This document shows positions 32,492 through 41,190 of a stretch of DNA of 64,000 nucleotides, one piece after another (within the stretch, counting starts at the first letter, position 1; the number at the start of each line of letters is the position of its first letter). The DNA is from an uncultured Aliarcobacter sp. (lineage in GTDB: Bacteria; Campylobacterota; Campylobacteria; Campylobacterales; Arcobacteraceae): contig OY781945.1 of the NCBI GenBank assembly GCA_963677435.1, positions 2,560,001 to 2,624,000 of the forward strand. The letters run 5' to 3'. Under the pieces are notes generated by a model that searched no databases, was not told the DNA's origin, and worked only from the letters and a program-made list of their open reading frames with translations. The translations under genes were made by a program, and so were the position numbers.

Positions 32492-32914
32492 ATGCCTATA
32501 GAAATTAATCAAACTGTAAAAATAATGTTTGAAGTAAGAGTTGATGGAGTTTTAGTAGATGGAAGTAGAAGCAATAAACCTTTTGAATTCTCTTTTGGAA
32601 CAGGACAAGTAATTGCAGGACTTGAAAAAAGAATTAAAGATATGAAAATGGGTGAAGCTGCTGATATTCTAGTCCCAGCTGCTGAAGCTTATGGAGAGTA
32701 TAACCCAAGTGCAGTTGAGATACTTCCTATTGAGCAATTTACAGGAATAAAAGATTTAAAAGTTGGAATGCAAATCCAAGCTCAAGATGAAAATGACCAA
32801 CCTCTTCAATTTATTGTAAAAGAGATAAAAGAAAAAGAAGTAACTATTGATTTTAATCATCCACTTGCTGGAAAAGATTTAGAGTATAAAATAAAAATAG
32901 ATTCTCTTTTGTAA
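32492..32914 (+). CDS. FKBP-type peptidyl-prolyl isomerase (SlyD-like, no His-rich tail)
   Basis: GTGQVIAGLE, EAYG, DFNHPLAGKDL. Confidence 0.93.
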   Translation: MPIEINQTVKIMFEVRVDGVLVDGSRSNKPFEFSFGTGQVIAGLEKRIKDMKMGEAADILVPAAEAYGEYNPSAVEILPIEQFTGIKDLKVGMQIQAQDENDQPLQFIVKEIKEKEVTIDFNHPLAGKDLEYKIKIDSLL

Positions 32915-32918
32915 AAGC

Positions 32919-32948
32919 TTCACTAAATAGTCAGAACTATTTAGTGAA
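32919..32948. terminator. Hairpin between convergent genes
   Basis: ttcactaaatagt-caga-actatttagtgaa. Confidence 0.65.
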
Positions 32949-32958
32949 AATATTATCT

Positions 32959-33435
32959 TTAAATTTTATTCATTTGTATATTATTTAAAATAACTTCTAT
33001 TTTAGTGATTTTAAAATTATTATTGATTAATTTAATTTGACTATTAACATTTGATAAACCTACAACTTTTTGATTATTATAAATATATTTCTCTTGAACT
33101 CGTTCTGAAACATATGCTACTTCATCTTTTATATTGATTTTTCTATCTAAAATTTTATATACATAGTTTTGTGTAGAAGTAAAACCCTCTTTTGTTTTTG
33201 TTAAATATTCAGATTTAGTAAGTTTTGTTTCTTCATCTTTACCATTGTATTTAACGATTATTGTTATATCAACATTTTCATCTAAAAGTTCACCTAACTT
33301 ATCAACATTTTTGTTTTGAACTAATTTATCTGATTCATGTAAAAAACTTTTTACACTTTCTTGTGTTAATTCACTTGCTACTAAATTTGTTAGTAATGCA
33401 AATGTAAAGAATATACTTATAAGTATGTGTTTCAT
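32959..33435 (-). CDS. Secreted NTF2/SnoaL-like hypothetical protein
   Basis: Signal peptide; helix then beta-strand pattern like DUF4440/NTF2. Confidence 0.55.
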   Translation of the reverse strand: MKHILISIFFTFALLTNLVASELTQESVKSFLHESDKLVQNKNVDKLGELLDENVDITIIVKYNGKDEETKLTKSEYLTKTKEGFTSTQNYVYKILDRKINIKDEVAYVSERVQEKYIYNNQKVVGLSNVNSQIKLINNNFKITKIEVILNNIQMNKI

Positions 33436-33551
33436 TTTCTTCCTTTATTTATATGGTTTTGCCGAATATTGTATATTGTATTAAATTAATCTTTTATTTG
33501 CATAAAATTGTTTTTTGGTTATTAATATTAGTGTTATTTAAATTGGTTTAT

Positions 33552-34203
33552 TTATCTCTCTTGAAAACTTAAAAGTTTCCGCTTTCTTACTTTTTAGTTG
33601 TAAAAAGTAAGGCAAAAAGCAACCAGACAAAGTTTGATTATCTCTCTTGAAAACTTAGAAGTTTTCGCTTTCTCTTACTTTTTGGTCTCAAAAAAGTAAG
33701 CAAAAAAGACTGCCGAATTGATGAAGGCAAAGCTTCCTAAGATTTTAGTCTTTTTTTTCTGCGTTGCGGAACTCGTCGAAAAAGTGCATTTAGCACTTTT
33801 CTCTCCTCAAACAGTCCTCACTTTTCACCGAAATAAAAGCCTAAAATCTTAGCTTCATCAAAGGCAGAATAAATCCCGAGTGTTCAAACTATCTTTTTTA
33901 AATTGAGCCATAAGAAATTCAGAATAAAGAAAATAAAAAATGTAAATGTCCTTATCCCTATATTCCAACATCTACAGAAGCTGAACGTTTGTTTTCTCTT
34001 TTCGAAAAGGCTTGCAACTGTTTGAGTAAATAAATGTGCTAAATGCACATTTATTTACGAGTTTTCTCAAAGAGAGTGTAAACACAGGCAAGACAGAAAA
34101 GATAAAACAATAAGTGAAGGAACCCAAAGGGCTTCGAAGCCGTTGGTGGTTTTGCTTACTTTGTCCACACAAAGTAAAAAGATTATATTTTTAAGAGGAA
34201 ATA
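33552..34203. mobile_element. Non-coding structured repeat element (MITE/REP-like) made of inverted units with covarying pseudoknots
   Basis: Tandem end duplication at 33552 and 33638; inverted shared core AACTCGT..GTGCATTTAGCAC..CTCAAACAG (33770-33814 vs 34018-34063); three TTACTTT..AAAGTAA hairpins. The structure is seen directly; mobility is inferred. Confidence 0.65.
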
Positions 34204-34212
34204 GTTTTAATA

Positions 34213-34842
34213 TTAATATGAAATATAATACCAATTCTTTTCAATAAATTTTATTTTTAATTTTGCATCATCATATCTTTTAGGGTCTCCACCATCAGCA
34301 ACATATAAAAACCCTGAATAATTATCTTTAAATCCAATAAAATTATAAAATAATATATAAGTCTTATTTTCAATTTTTTGAATTGTTATTCTATTCTCAG
34401 TCGTAATATTTGGATATTCATTTGAAATGTTTACTGAACATATATTTCTATTATCAGACCTATCTACACAAATTCCATCTACTGGAAATTCTTTGTTATT
34501 TAAAATTTCAGTTACTATTTTATTATATATCTCTTTATTTTTTGAAAATTTTAAATTTTGTTTAAACTCACCAATTGTAATAAAAACCATAATTAAAATA
34601 GTAACTGCATTAATACATATAGGAATAAAACTTTTCCATCCAATCTTTTTAAACTTTAATAAACAAGTTAAACTAGCTATTAATACAATTAAATACAATA
34701 CAATTATTATTAAAAATAAAAACCCTAATAAAACAGAATCACCTAAATTAGGAGAATCTGTTGGTTCAAAAATAAATATAAATAAAATTAACAAAGAAAA
34801 AATTATAGAAAATCTGAATCTCCACTTTATTTCATCAAACAT
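34213..34842 (-). CDS. Hypothetical membrane protein
   Basis: Three N-terminal TM helices; C-terminal GFKDNYSGFLY...NWYY. Confidence 0.75.
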   Translation of the reverse strand: MFDEIKWRFRFSIIFSLLILFIFIFEPTDSPNLGDSVLLGFLFLIIIVLYLIVLIASLTCLLKFKKIGWKSFIPICINAVTILIMVFITIGEFKQNLKFSKNKEIYNKIVTEILNNKEFPVDGICVDRSDNRNICSVNISNEYPNITTENRITIQKIENKTYILFYNFIGFKDNYSGFLYVADGGDPKRYDDAKLKIKFIEKNWYYISY

Positions 34843-34860
34843 AAAATTCCTTAAAAAAAT

Positions 34861-34889
34861 AAAGCCCCATCAAAACTTGACGGGGCTTT
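34861..34889 (-). terminator. Intrinsic terminator of valS
   Basis: aaagcccc-atcaaaacttgac-ggggcttt with U-tail on the minus strand. Confidence 0.8.
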
Positions 34890-34915
34890 TCAAAAAACTA
34901 CTTAAAAATCTATTC

Positions 34916-37579
34916 TTAACTCAAAGACTTCAATTCAGCTACAACCTTAGCCAATTTATCTTCAGCCGATGCCAAACCAGCTCTATTCTCTTCTAAAACA
35001 TTTGCTGGTGCATTTGCTACAAATCTTTCATTATTTAGCATTCCAGATAATTTTGCTATCTCTTTTTCTAATTTCTCTTGTTGTTTTGTAAGTTTGTTTA
35101 TAATTGGTGTCATATCAATTTCACCTCTTGGGATATAAACTTCTAAGTTATCACTTACATCTGTGATTGAATTCTCTACTTTTGCAGTTACGAACTCTAA
35201 GTTTTCTACTTTTGCAAGTTTTTCGATAAATGGTTTTGCCATTTCATTATCTATATTTTTATTGATTTTTATATATGCTTTTGCAATTTTTGAGTTACCC
35301 ATATCAATAATAACTTTTGCTCTTCTAATTGCTGTAATTGCCTCTTCGATGATTGCAAACATATCTTCGATTTCTTGATTTTTTGCAATTTCTTTTGGGA
35401 AATTCATAATCATTAATGAATCACCATCTTCAAGTGTTGTTCCACTTAATTTGTGATATAAATAATCAGAAATAAATGGCATAAATGGACTTACCATTTT
35501 TAAAGTCTCTTTGAAAATTGCTCCAAGTTCGATTACTGAATCTTTACTAGCTTTTGCATATTCAATTCCCCAGTCGCAGAATTCATTCCATACGAATTTG
35601 TATAAAATAGATGCTGATTCGTTGAATTTATAAGTTTCAAGTGCATTTCTAAGTTCGTCAACTGCATCACTTAATTTACTTTGCATATAAAGACCAAGTG
35701 GTGTTTTGATTTCAATATCTTTTAAATCAGGGAATGTTTCTACATTTAACTGTAAGAAATTTGTTGCATTATAAAGCTTATTTGTGAAGTTTCTAAATTG
35801 CTCTAAATTTTTAGCTCCAAGCTTAATATCTCTTCCTTGAACACATAAATATGCTAAAGTAAATCTAATAATATCAGCAGAATGCTCATTTACCATATCA
35901 AGTGGATCAATAACATTTCCTTTTGATTTTGACATTTTTGCACCATGTTCATCTCTAACTAATGCGTGCATATAAATATCTTCAAATGGTAATTGTTTTT
36001 TGAAATGTTCACCCATCATCATCATTCTAGCTACCCAGAAGAACATAATATCAAATCCAGTAATTAATAAAGAGTTTGGATAAAAATCTGCTTCATCTGT
36101 GTCATTATAAAGTTCTTTTAATTTTCCATTATTTCCCCAACCTAATGGTGACATTGCCCATAGTGCTGAAGAGAACCAAGTATCAAGTACATCTGGGTCT
36201 TGAGTATAGTGTTTCCCTCCACATTTTGGACATTTCTCTGGTTCATCAGCTTTATCAGCCCATTGATGGTCACAATCGTCACAAGTAAATACAGGAATTC
36301 TATGTCCCCACCAAAGTTGTCTTGAAATACACCAAGGTCTTAACTCATCCATCCATGCTGTATATGAATTTATCCAATGTGCTGGGTGGAAAAGTGTTCC
36401 ATTATGCTCACCACTTACAGCTCTCTCTTTTGTAGTCTCTTTAGTTTTTCTAATAGACTCTTGAGCCATATCAGAGCTTAAAAACCATTGCTGAGAAATA
36501 AATGGCTCAACAATATTTTTACATCTATAACAATGCCCTACTTGGTGAACGTGCTCTTCAATTTTTACGATATATCCAGCTTCTTCTAAAGCTTTTACGA
36601 TAACAGGTCTAGCTTCTAGTCTTTCAAGTCCAGCAAACTCTCCACAATATTCGTTTAAAATACCTTTTTCATCAAATACTTTGATAAATTCTAAATCGTG
36701 TCTTTTCCCAACCTCGTAGTCATTTTGGTCGTGAGCAGGAGTAACTTTTACAACACCTGTTCCAAATTCCATATCTACGTGTGAATCTGTAATAACTTTG
36801 ATAGTTCTATCAGTTAGTGGCAATAATACTTCTTTTCCAACGATTGATTTATATCTCTCATCATCAGGATGAACCATGATAGCTGTATCCCCAAAGTATG
36901 TTTCAGGTCTTGTAGTTGCTACTTGAAGTTCGCCACTACCATCTGCAAATTTGTAAATCATGTGGTAAAACTTACCGTTTACTTCTTCATGTTCAACTTC
37001 GATGTCTGAAAGAGCACCATCGTGTGTACACCAGTTTACCATATAGTTATTTTGAGTGATATGACCTTCGTTGTATAAAGAGATAAAAGCTTCTTTTACA
37101 GCCTCTTTTAATCCCTCATCCATTGTAAATCTTTCTCTTTTCCAAGCAGGTGTAACACCTAATTTTCTCATTTGGTGAACTATATTTCCACCTGAAGTTT
37201 CTTTTTGAAGCCAAGCTCTTTCTAGGAATTTTTCTCTTCCGATTTCTTCTTTTGTTGTACCTTCTGCAAGTAATTGTTTTTCAACAACATTTTGTGTTGC
37301 AATTCCTGCATGGTCAGTTCCTGGTTGCCAAAGAGTTTTAAACCCATCCATTCTTTTATATCTTGTAATAATATCTTGTAATGTAAATGTTAGGGCATGA
37401 CCAATATGTAAACTTCCTGTTACATTTGGAGGTGGCATCATGATTGAGAATGTTTTTTGTTTTCCATTAGCATCATGTTCTTGAATAGATTTATTTCCAT
37501 CAATCTCAAAATATCCTCTATCTTCCCAAATTTTATAAAAACTATCTTCTACTTTTGACGGTTCGTATTTTTCGCTCAT
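34916..37579 (-). CDS. valS: Valine--tRNA ligase
   Basis: PPPNVTGSLHIGH, KMSKS, WCISRQLWWGH, C-terminal coiled coil. Confidence 0.99.
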   Translation of the reverse strand: MSEKYEPSKVEDSFYKIWEDRGYFEIDGNKSIQEHDANGKQKTFSIMMPPPNVTGSLHIGHALTFTLQDIITRYKRMDGFKTLWQPGTDHAGIATQNVVEKQLLAEGTTKEEIGREKFLERAWLQKETSGGNIVHQMRKLGVTPAWKRERFTMDEGLKEAVKEAFISLYNEGHITQNNYMVNWCTHDGALSDIEVEHEEVNGKFYHMIYKFADGSGELQVATTRPETYFGDTAIMVHPDDERYKSIVGKEVLLPLTDRTIKVITDSHVDMEFGTGVVKVTPAHDQNDYEVGKRHDLEFIKVFDEKGILNEYCGEFAGLERLEARPVIVKALEEAGYIVKIEEHVHQVGHCYRCKNIVEPFISQQWFLSSDMAQESIRKTKETTKERAVSGEHNGTLFHPAHWINSYTAWMDELRPWCISRQLWWGHRIPVFTCDDCDHQWADKADEPEKCPKCGGKHYTQDPDVLDTWFSSALWAMSPLGWGNNGKLKELYNDTDEADFYPNSLLITGFDIMFFWVARMMMMGEHFKKQLPFEDIYMHALVRDEHGAKMSKSKGNVIDPLDMVNEHSADIIRFTLAYLCVQGRDIKLGAKNLEQFRNFTNKLYNATNFLQLNVETFPDLKDIEIKTPLGLYMQSKLSDAVDELRNALETYKFNESASILYKFVWNEFCDWGIEYAKASKDSVIELGAIFKETLKMVSPFMPFISDYLYHKLSGTTLEDGDSLMIMNFPKEIAKNQEIEDMFAIIEEAITAIRRAKVIIDMGNSKIAKAYIKINKNIDNEMAKPFIEKLAKVENLEFVTAKVENSITDVSDNLEVYIPRGEIDMTPIINKLTKQQEKLEKEIAKLSGMLNNERFVANAPANVLEENRAGLASAEDKLAKVVAELKSLS

Positions 37580-37747
37580 TAAAAATCCTATCTTTTTCTA
37601 TAAATATACGCGATTATATCTACTTTTTTCTTATGATGTTATTTTACTAATATTTTAAGAAAACTCTATTTTAAAAAAGTATTATTAAATTTTCTAATAG
37701 ATGTGCTATAATTTTTTGTACTAAATTTTAATATTAAGGAGAGAAAA

Positions 37748-38422
37748 ATGTTAAAAATAATTATAGGAAGTTTTGTGTTAAGTGCTTCACTTTTTGCAGT
37801 TGATTTACAAAGTGACGGTGTTGAAGTAAATTATAAAAACTCAAAAGATGAAGTAAAAACTATCATTATAAAAAGAGAAAAAAAAGATGAGTGTAAAAGT
37901 GTAAACTTTGACCCAAAAACTGTTTATGGTGGGAATGGTCAAGCTGCTGATTCAGTTGATGCAAACTGCAAAAGAGCTTTTGTTACATATATGGGGAAAA
38001 TTTCTCCAATGAAATTTTCAGAAAAAGTTGAAACTTATGGAGAAGTTGAAGTTTTAGATTTTATTGCAAAAGCTAAAACAAATAAAAACATGATGTTAGT
38101 AGATTCAAGAACTGAAAATTGGTTTTATCATGGAACAATTCCAAGTGCTGTAAATGTTCCATATATCTATATGAAACAATCTCAATATCCTGATGAATTC
38201 AAAGAGTATTTAGAAATTTTAGGGGTAAAAATCACTGGTGATAAATATGATTTTACAAATGCAAAAGAGATCTTATTATTTTGTAATGGTGCATGGTGTG
38301 GACAATCTCCTGAATCTATGAAAGCATTAATTGCAATTGGTTATCCAGAAGAAAAACTAAAATGGTACAGAGGCGGAATGCAGTCTTGGCTAAGTTTAGG
38401 ACTTACAACTGTAAAACCATAA
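37748..38422 (+). CDS. Periplasmic rhodanese-like sulfurtransferase
   Basis: Signal peptide, VDSR, GTIPSAVNVP, FCNGAWC, WYRGGMQSW. Confidence 0.88.
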   Translation: MLKIIIGSFVLSASLFAVDLQSDGVEVNYKNSKDEVKTIIIKREKKDECKSVNFDPKTVYGGNGQAADSVDANCKRAFVTYMGKISPMKFSEKVETYGEVEVLDFIAKAKTNKNMMLVDSRTENWFYHGTIPSAVNVPYIYMKQSQYPDEFKEYLEILGVKITGDKYDFTNAKEILLFCNGAWCGQSPESMKALIAIGYPEEKLKWYRGGMQSWLSLGLTTVKP

Positions 38423-38450
38423 AAAAAGAGAGTTTTAAAACTCTCTTTTT
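38422..38450. terminator. Bidirectional terminator
   Basis: aaaaagagagttt-t-aaaactctcttttt between convergent genes. Confidence 0.65.
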
Positions 38451-39486
38451 AAACAAATTCTTTAAAAAATCTATCAAAATCTTCCACAAGTGACATATCA
38501 AGTTTTCCCTCTTTTACCTCTTCTTTCATAATTTCGATAGCTTTTTGATGACTAAAAGCCGTTCTATAAATTCTTGGTTCTTTTAAAGCATTATAAACAT
38601 TTAAAGTGTTCATCAATCTATCTTTTAAACTTAAATCTTTTGCACTTAAGCCTAAAGGATAACCTTTTGCATCAACTCTTTCTTGAATTTTTGAAGCCCA
38701 AACTGCAATGTCATTAAATCCCATGATATTGTTTAAAATCTTTTTTGAATAGTATGGATAGGCTTTTATGATTTCATATTCATTTGAAGTTAGTGGCTCT
38801 TTTTTATTTTGAATTATTGAGGGAATTGTTAGTTTTCCAATATTTTGTAAAGAGTTAGCGATTAAAAAAGTTTGTTTATCTTTGTGTTCAAAAGCATACT
38901 CTTTTGTGATTTTTTCACATAAAATCAAAAGATTTGAGTTTGGATTTATGATTTTATGAAAAACTGTTGTAATTTTTAAAATCTCTTCAAAATCTAAAAT
39001 AGTTGTAAAATCATGCAAAGAAGCATAAATAAACATCAAAATATCATTTTCATTTAATAAATCTAAGAAAAAACCCACTTGCGAAGAAATATCTAAAAGT
39101 TCACTTTTATTCTGCTTTATATACTCTTTTGCTTTTATTCTATTTTCAATATTATCAATTCCTAAAGAGAACTCTTTATCCAAAAAACTTGCAAATGAGA
39201 TAATTTCTAAAAACAAAGGATTATTCAAAGTTTCATTTTTTTCTAAAAAAGGCAGTTTTTCTAAATCATCTTTTTTAAAATCATAACACAAAGAATAGGA
39301 GCATAAATCAGCTAGTTGTTTTGGTTCAAGATTGTGTTTTATTCCTAAATGTAAAGCTATAAAAGCCACTCTTTTATAGTGTCCTAAAGTTGTGTTTTCT
39401 AAATCTTTTTTTCTAAAATCAAAGGCTAAACTTGTCGCTAATAAAAAATTATTTAGATTAAAAGGCATCTGTTTTTTCTTATCCAT
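38449..39486 (-). CDS. Degenerate HD-GYP domain protein
   Basis: GYPLGL and RIYR retained; HD replaced by QN, HHE by IQE. Confidence 0.8.
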   Translation of the reverse strand: MDKKKQMPFNLNNFLLATSLAFDFRKKDLENTTLGHYKRVAFIALHLGIKHNLEPKQLADLCSYSLCYDFKKDDLEKLPFLEKNETLNNPLFLEIISFASFLDKEFSLGIDNIENRIKAKEYIKQNKSELLDISSQVGFFLDLLNENDILMFIYASLHDFTTILDFEEILKITTVFHKIINPNSNLLILCEKITKEYAFEHKDKQTFLIANSLQNIGKLTIPSIIQNKKEPLTSNEYEIIKAYPYYSKKILNNIMGFNDIAVWASKIQERVDAKGYPLGLSAKDLSLKDRLMNTLNVYNALKEPRIYRTAFSHQKAIEIMKEEVKEGKLDMSLVEDFDRFFKEFV

Positions 39487-39577
39487 TTTTTAAATCCTGT
39501 TTGTCAAATTAAAACTATTACTTATATAAAAGTGATATTACAATATAATTTTTAATTATAAATTAAAAAGGTTAACT

Positions 39578-40498
39578 ATGATAAAAAAAGTTTTATTTTC
39601 ACTAATATTTTCATCGATTTATGTTTTTGCATTTGACTACAATTTAAAACCAGTAAAGGTTACAAAAGATGTTTGGTGTTTTTTAGGAAAACTTGAAGCT
39701 CCATCAAAAGAAAATGGTGGATTTATGTCAAATAGTTGTTATATAAAAGCAGATAAAAGTTATGTTTTAATTGATACAGGAGCTAGTTTTCAGTTTGCAA
39801 AACAAGCCTATGAAGCCATGTCAAAAATAGAGAAACTTCCCGTTAAATTAGTAATAAATACCCATAGTCATGATGACCACTGGCTTGGAAATAATTTTTA
39901 CAAAGAGACTTTTAATGCTAAAATTTTAGGGCCATCACTTATTAATACTCAATATTCAGCTGATTCGAAAACAAGAATGTTTGAAGTAATAAAAGCTGAT
40001 GCAATAAAAGGAACGAAAATTATAAAAATTGATGAGATTGTAAATGAAGTTAAAAATATAAAAATAGGTGATAAAGAAATCACAATTATTCCTGTTGGAA
40101 CAAAAGCTCATACTTCAGAAGATTTATTTGTTTTTATGCCAAATGAAAAAGTTCTTTTTTCAGGTGATTTAGTAATGAATGGAAGAGTTACCTCAAATAG
40201 AGATGGTTCAGTTATTGGCTCAATCAAAGCTCTTGATATGATAAAAGAAAAAGAGTGGAACTATTTAGTTGCTGGTCATGGATTAGATACTTCAAAAACT
40301 GCAATAAATGAAGCTGTTGAGTATTTTACTTTATTAAAACAAAGGGTTTTAGAAGCTATTGAAAATGAAATAAGTGGAAGTGAAATTACAAAAGTTGTAA
40401 CTATGGACGAATTTAAAAATAAAGCTATGTATCAAGAGTTAAATAGTAAAAATGTATTTGATGCCTTTAGAGAATTGGAATTTTACGAAGGAAATTAA
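39578..40498 (+). CDS. Periplasmic MBL-fold metallo-hydrolase (SoxH-like)
   Basis: THSHDDHWLGN, AHT, SGD, AGHG; signal peptide; close to the sox cluster. Confidence 0.85.
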   Translation: MIKKVLFSLIFSSIYVFAFDYNLKPVKVTKDVWCFLGKLEAPSKENGGFMSNSCYIKADKSYVLIDTGASFQFAKQAYEAMSKIEKLPVKLVINTHSHDDHWLGNNFYKETFNAKILGPSLINTQYSADSKTRMFEVIKADAIKGTKIIKIDEIVNEVKNIKIGDKEITIIPVGTKAHTSEDLFVFMPNEKVLFSGDLVMNGRVTSNRDGSVIGSIKALDMIKEKEWNYLVAGHGLDTSKTAINEAVEYFTLLKQRVLEAIENEISGSEITKVVTMDEFKNKAMYQELNSKNVFDAFRELEFYEGN

Positions 40499-40510
40499 AT
40501 ATATCTTTTA

Positions 40511-40537
40511 TTTAAGTTTCACTATGTGAAACTTAAA
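40511..40537. promoter_or_regulatory. Perfect inverted repeat, candidate IclR operator (or terminator)
   Basis: tttaagtttcac-tat-gtgaaacttaaa upstream of the pfpI-iclR pair. Confidence 0.45.
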
Positions 40538-40616
40538 AAAATTAGATTTTAAATAAATTTTGTTTTAATCATTGTTCCAATAGAATTAAACTAATTTATA
40601 AAATTAAGGAGAATTT

Positions 40617-41186
40617 ATGTCAAAAAGAATTTTAATATTAGCTGGTGATTTTGTAGAAGATTATGAACTTATGGTTCCTTTTCAATGTCTAAAAATGTTA
40701 GGTTACACTGTTGATGTTGTTTGTCCAGATAAAAAAGCAGGGGAACAAATTAAAACTGCAATTCATGATTTTGAGGGTGACCAAACTTATACAGAAAAAC
40801 CAGGTCATAACTTCGCTTTAAATGCTTCTTTTGCTGATGTTGATGAATCAACTTATGATGCTTTAGTGATTCCTGGTGGGCGTGCTCCTGAGTATATTAG
40901 ATTAAACGCAAGAGTAATTGAAATTGTTCAAAACTTCAATAGTGCAAATAAACCAATTGCTTCTGTTTGTCATGGTATTTTAGTTTTAGCAGCTGCTGGA
41001 ATTATAAAAAACAAAACTTGTTCTTGTTATCCAGCTTGTGCTCCTGATGTTGGACTTAGTGGTGGAACATGGGCAGATATTGGTTTTGAAAGTGCAATAG
41101 TTGATGGAAATTTAGTAACAGCTGCTGCTTGGCCTGCTCATCCTGAGTGGTTAGCTAAATTCAATGAGTTATTATTAACAAAATAA
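40617..41186 (+). CDS. DJ-1/PfpI family protein
   Basis: GDFVEDYE, PGGRAPEY, VCHG. Confidence 0.95.
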   Translation: MSKRILILAGDFVEDYELMVPFQCLKMLGYTVDVVCPDKKAGEQIKTAIHDFEGDQTYTEKPGHNFALNASFADVDESTYDALVIPGGRAPEYIRLNARVIEIVQNFNSANKPIASVCHGILVLAAAGIIKNKTCSCYPACAPDVGLSGGTWADIGFESAIVDGNLVTAAAWPAHPEWLAKFNELLLTK

Positions 41187-41190
41187 TCTC

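Noticed and set aside
33552..33710. Possible CRISPR array
   Set aside because: Only two degenerate units, no unique spacers of regular length, no cas genes.
33972..34172. 66-aa minus-strand ORF inside the structured element
   Set aside because: No RBS or recognisable domain; the sequence is better explained by nucleic-acid structure.
34427..34996. 189-aa plus-strand ORF
   Set aside because: Antisense to the membrane-protein gene and the valS end, crosses the valS terminator; a shadow ORF.
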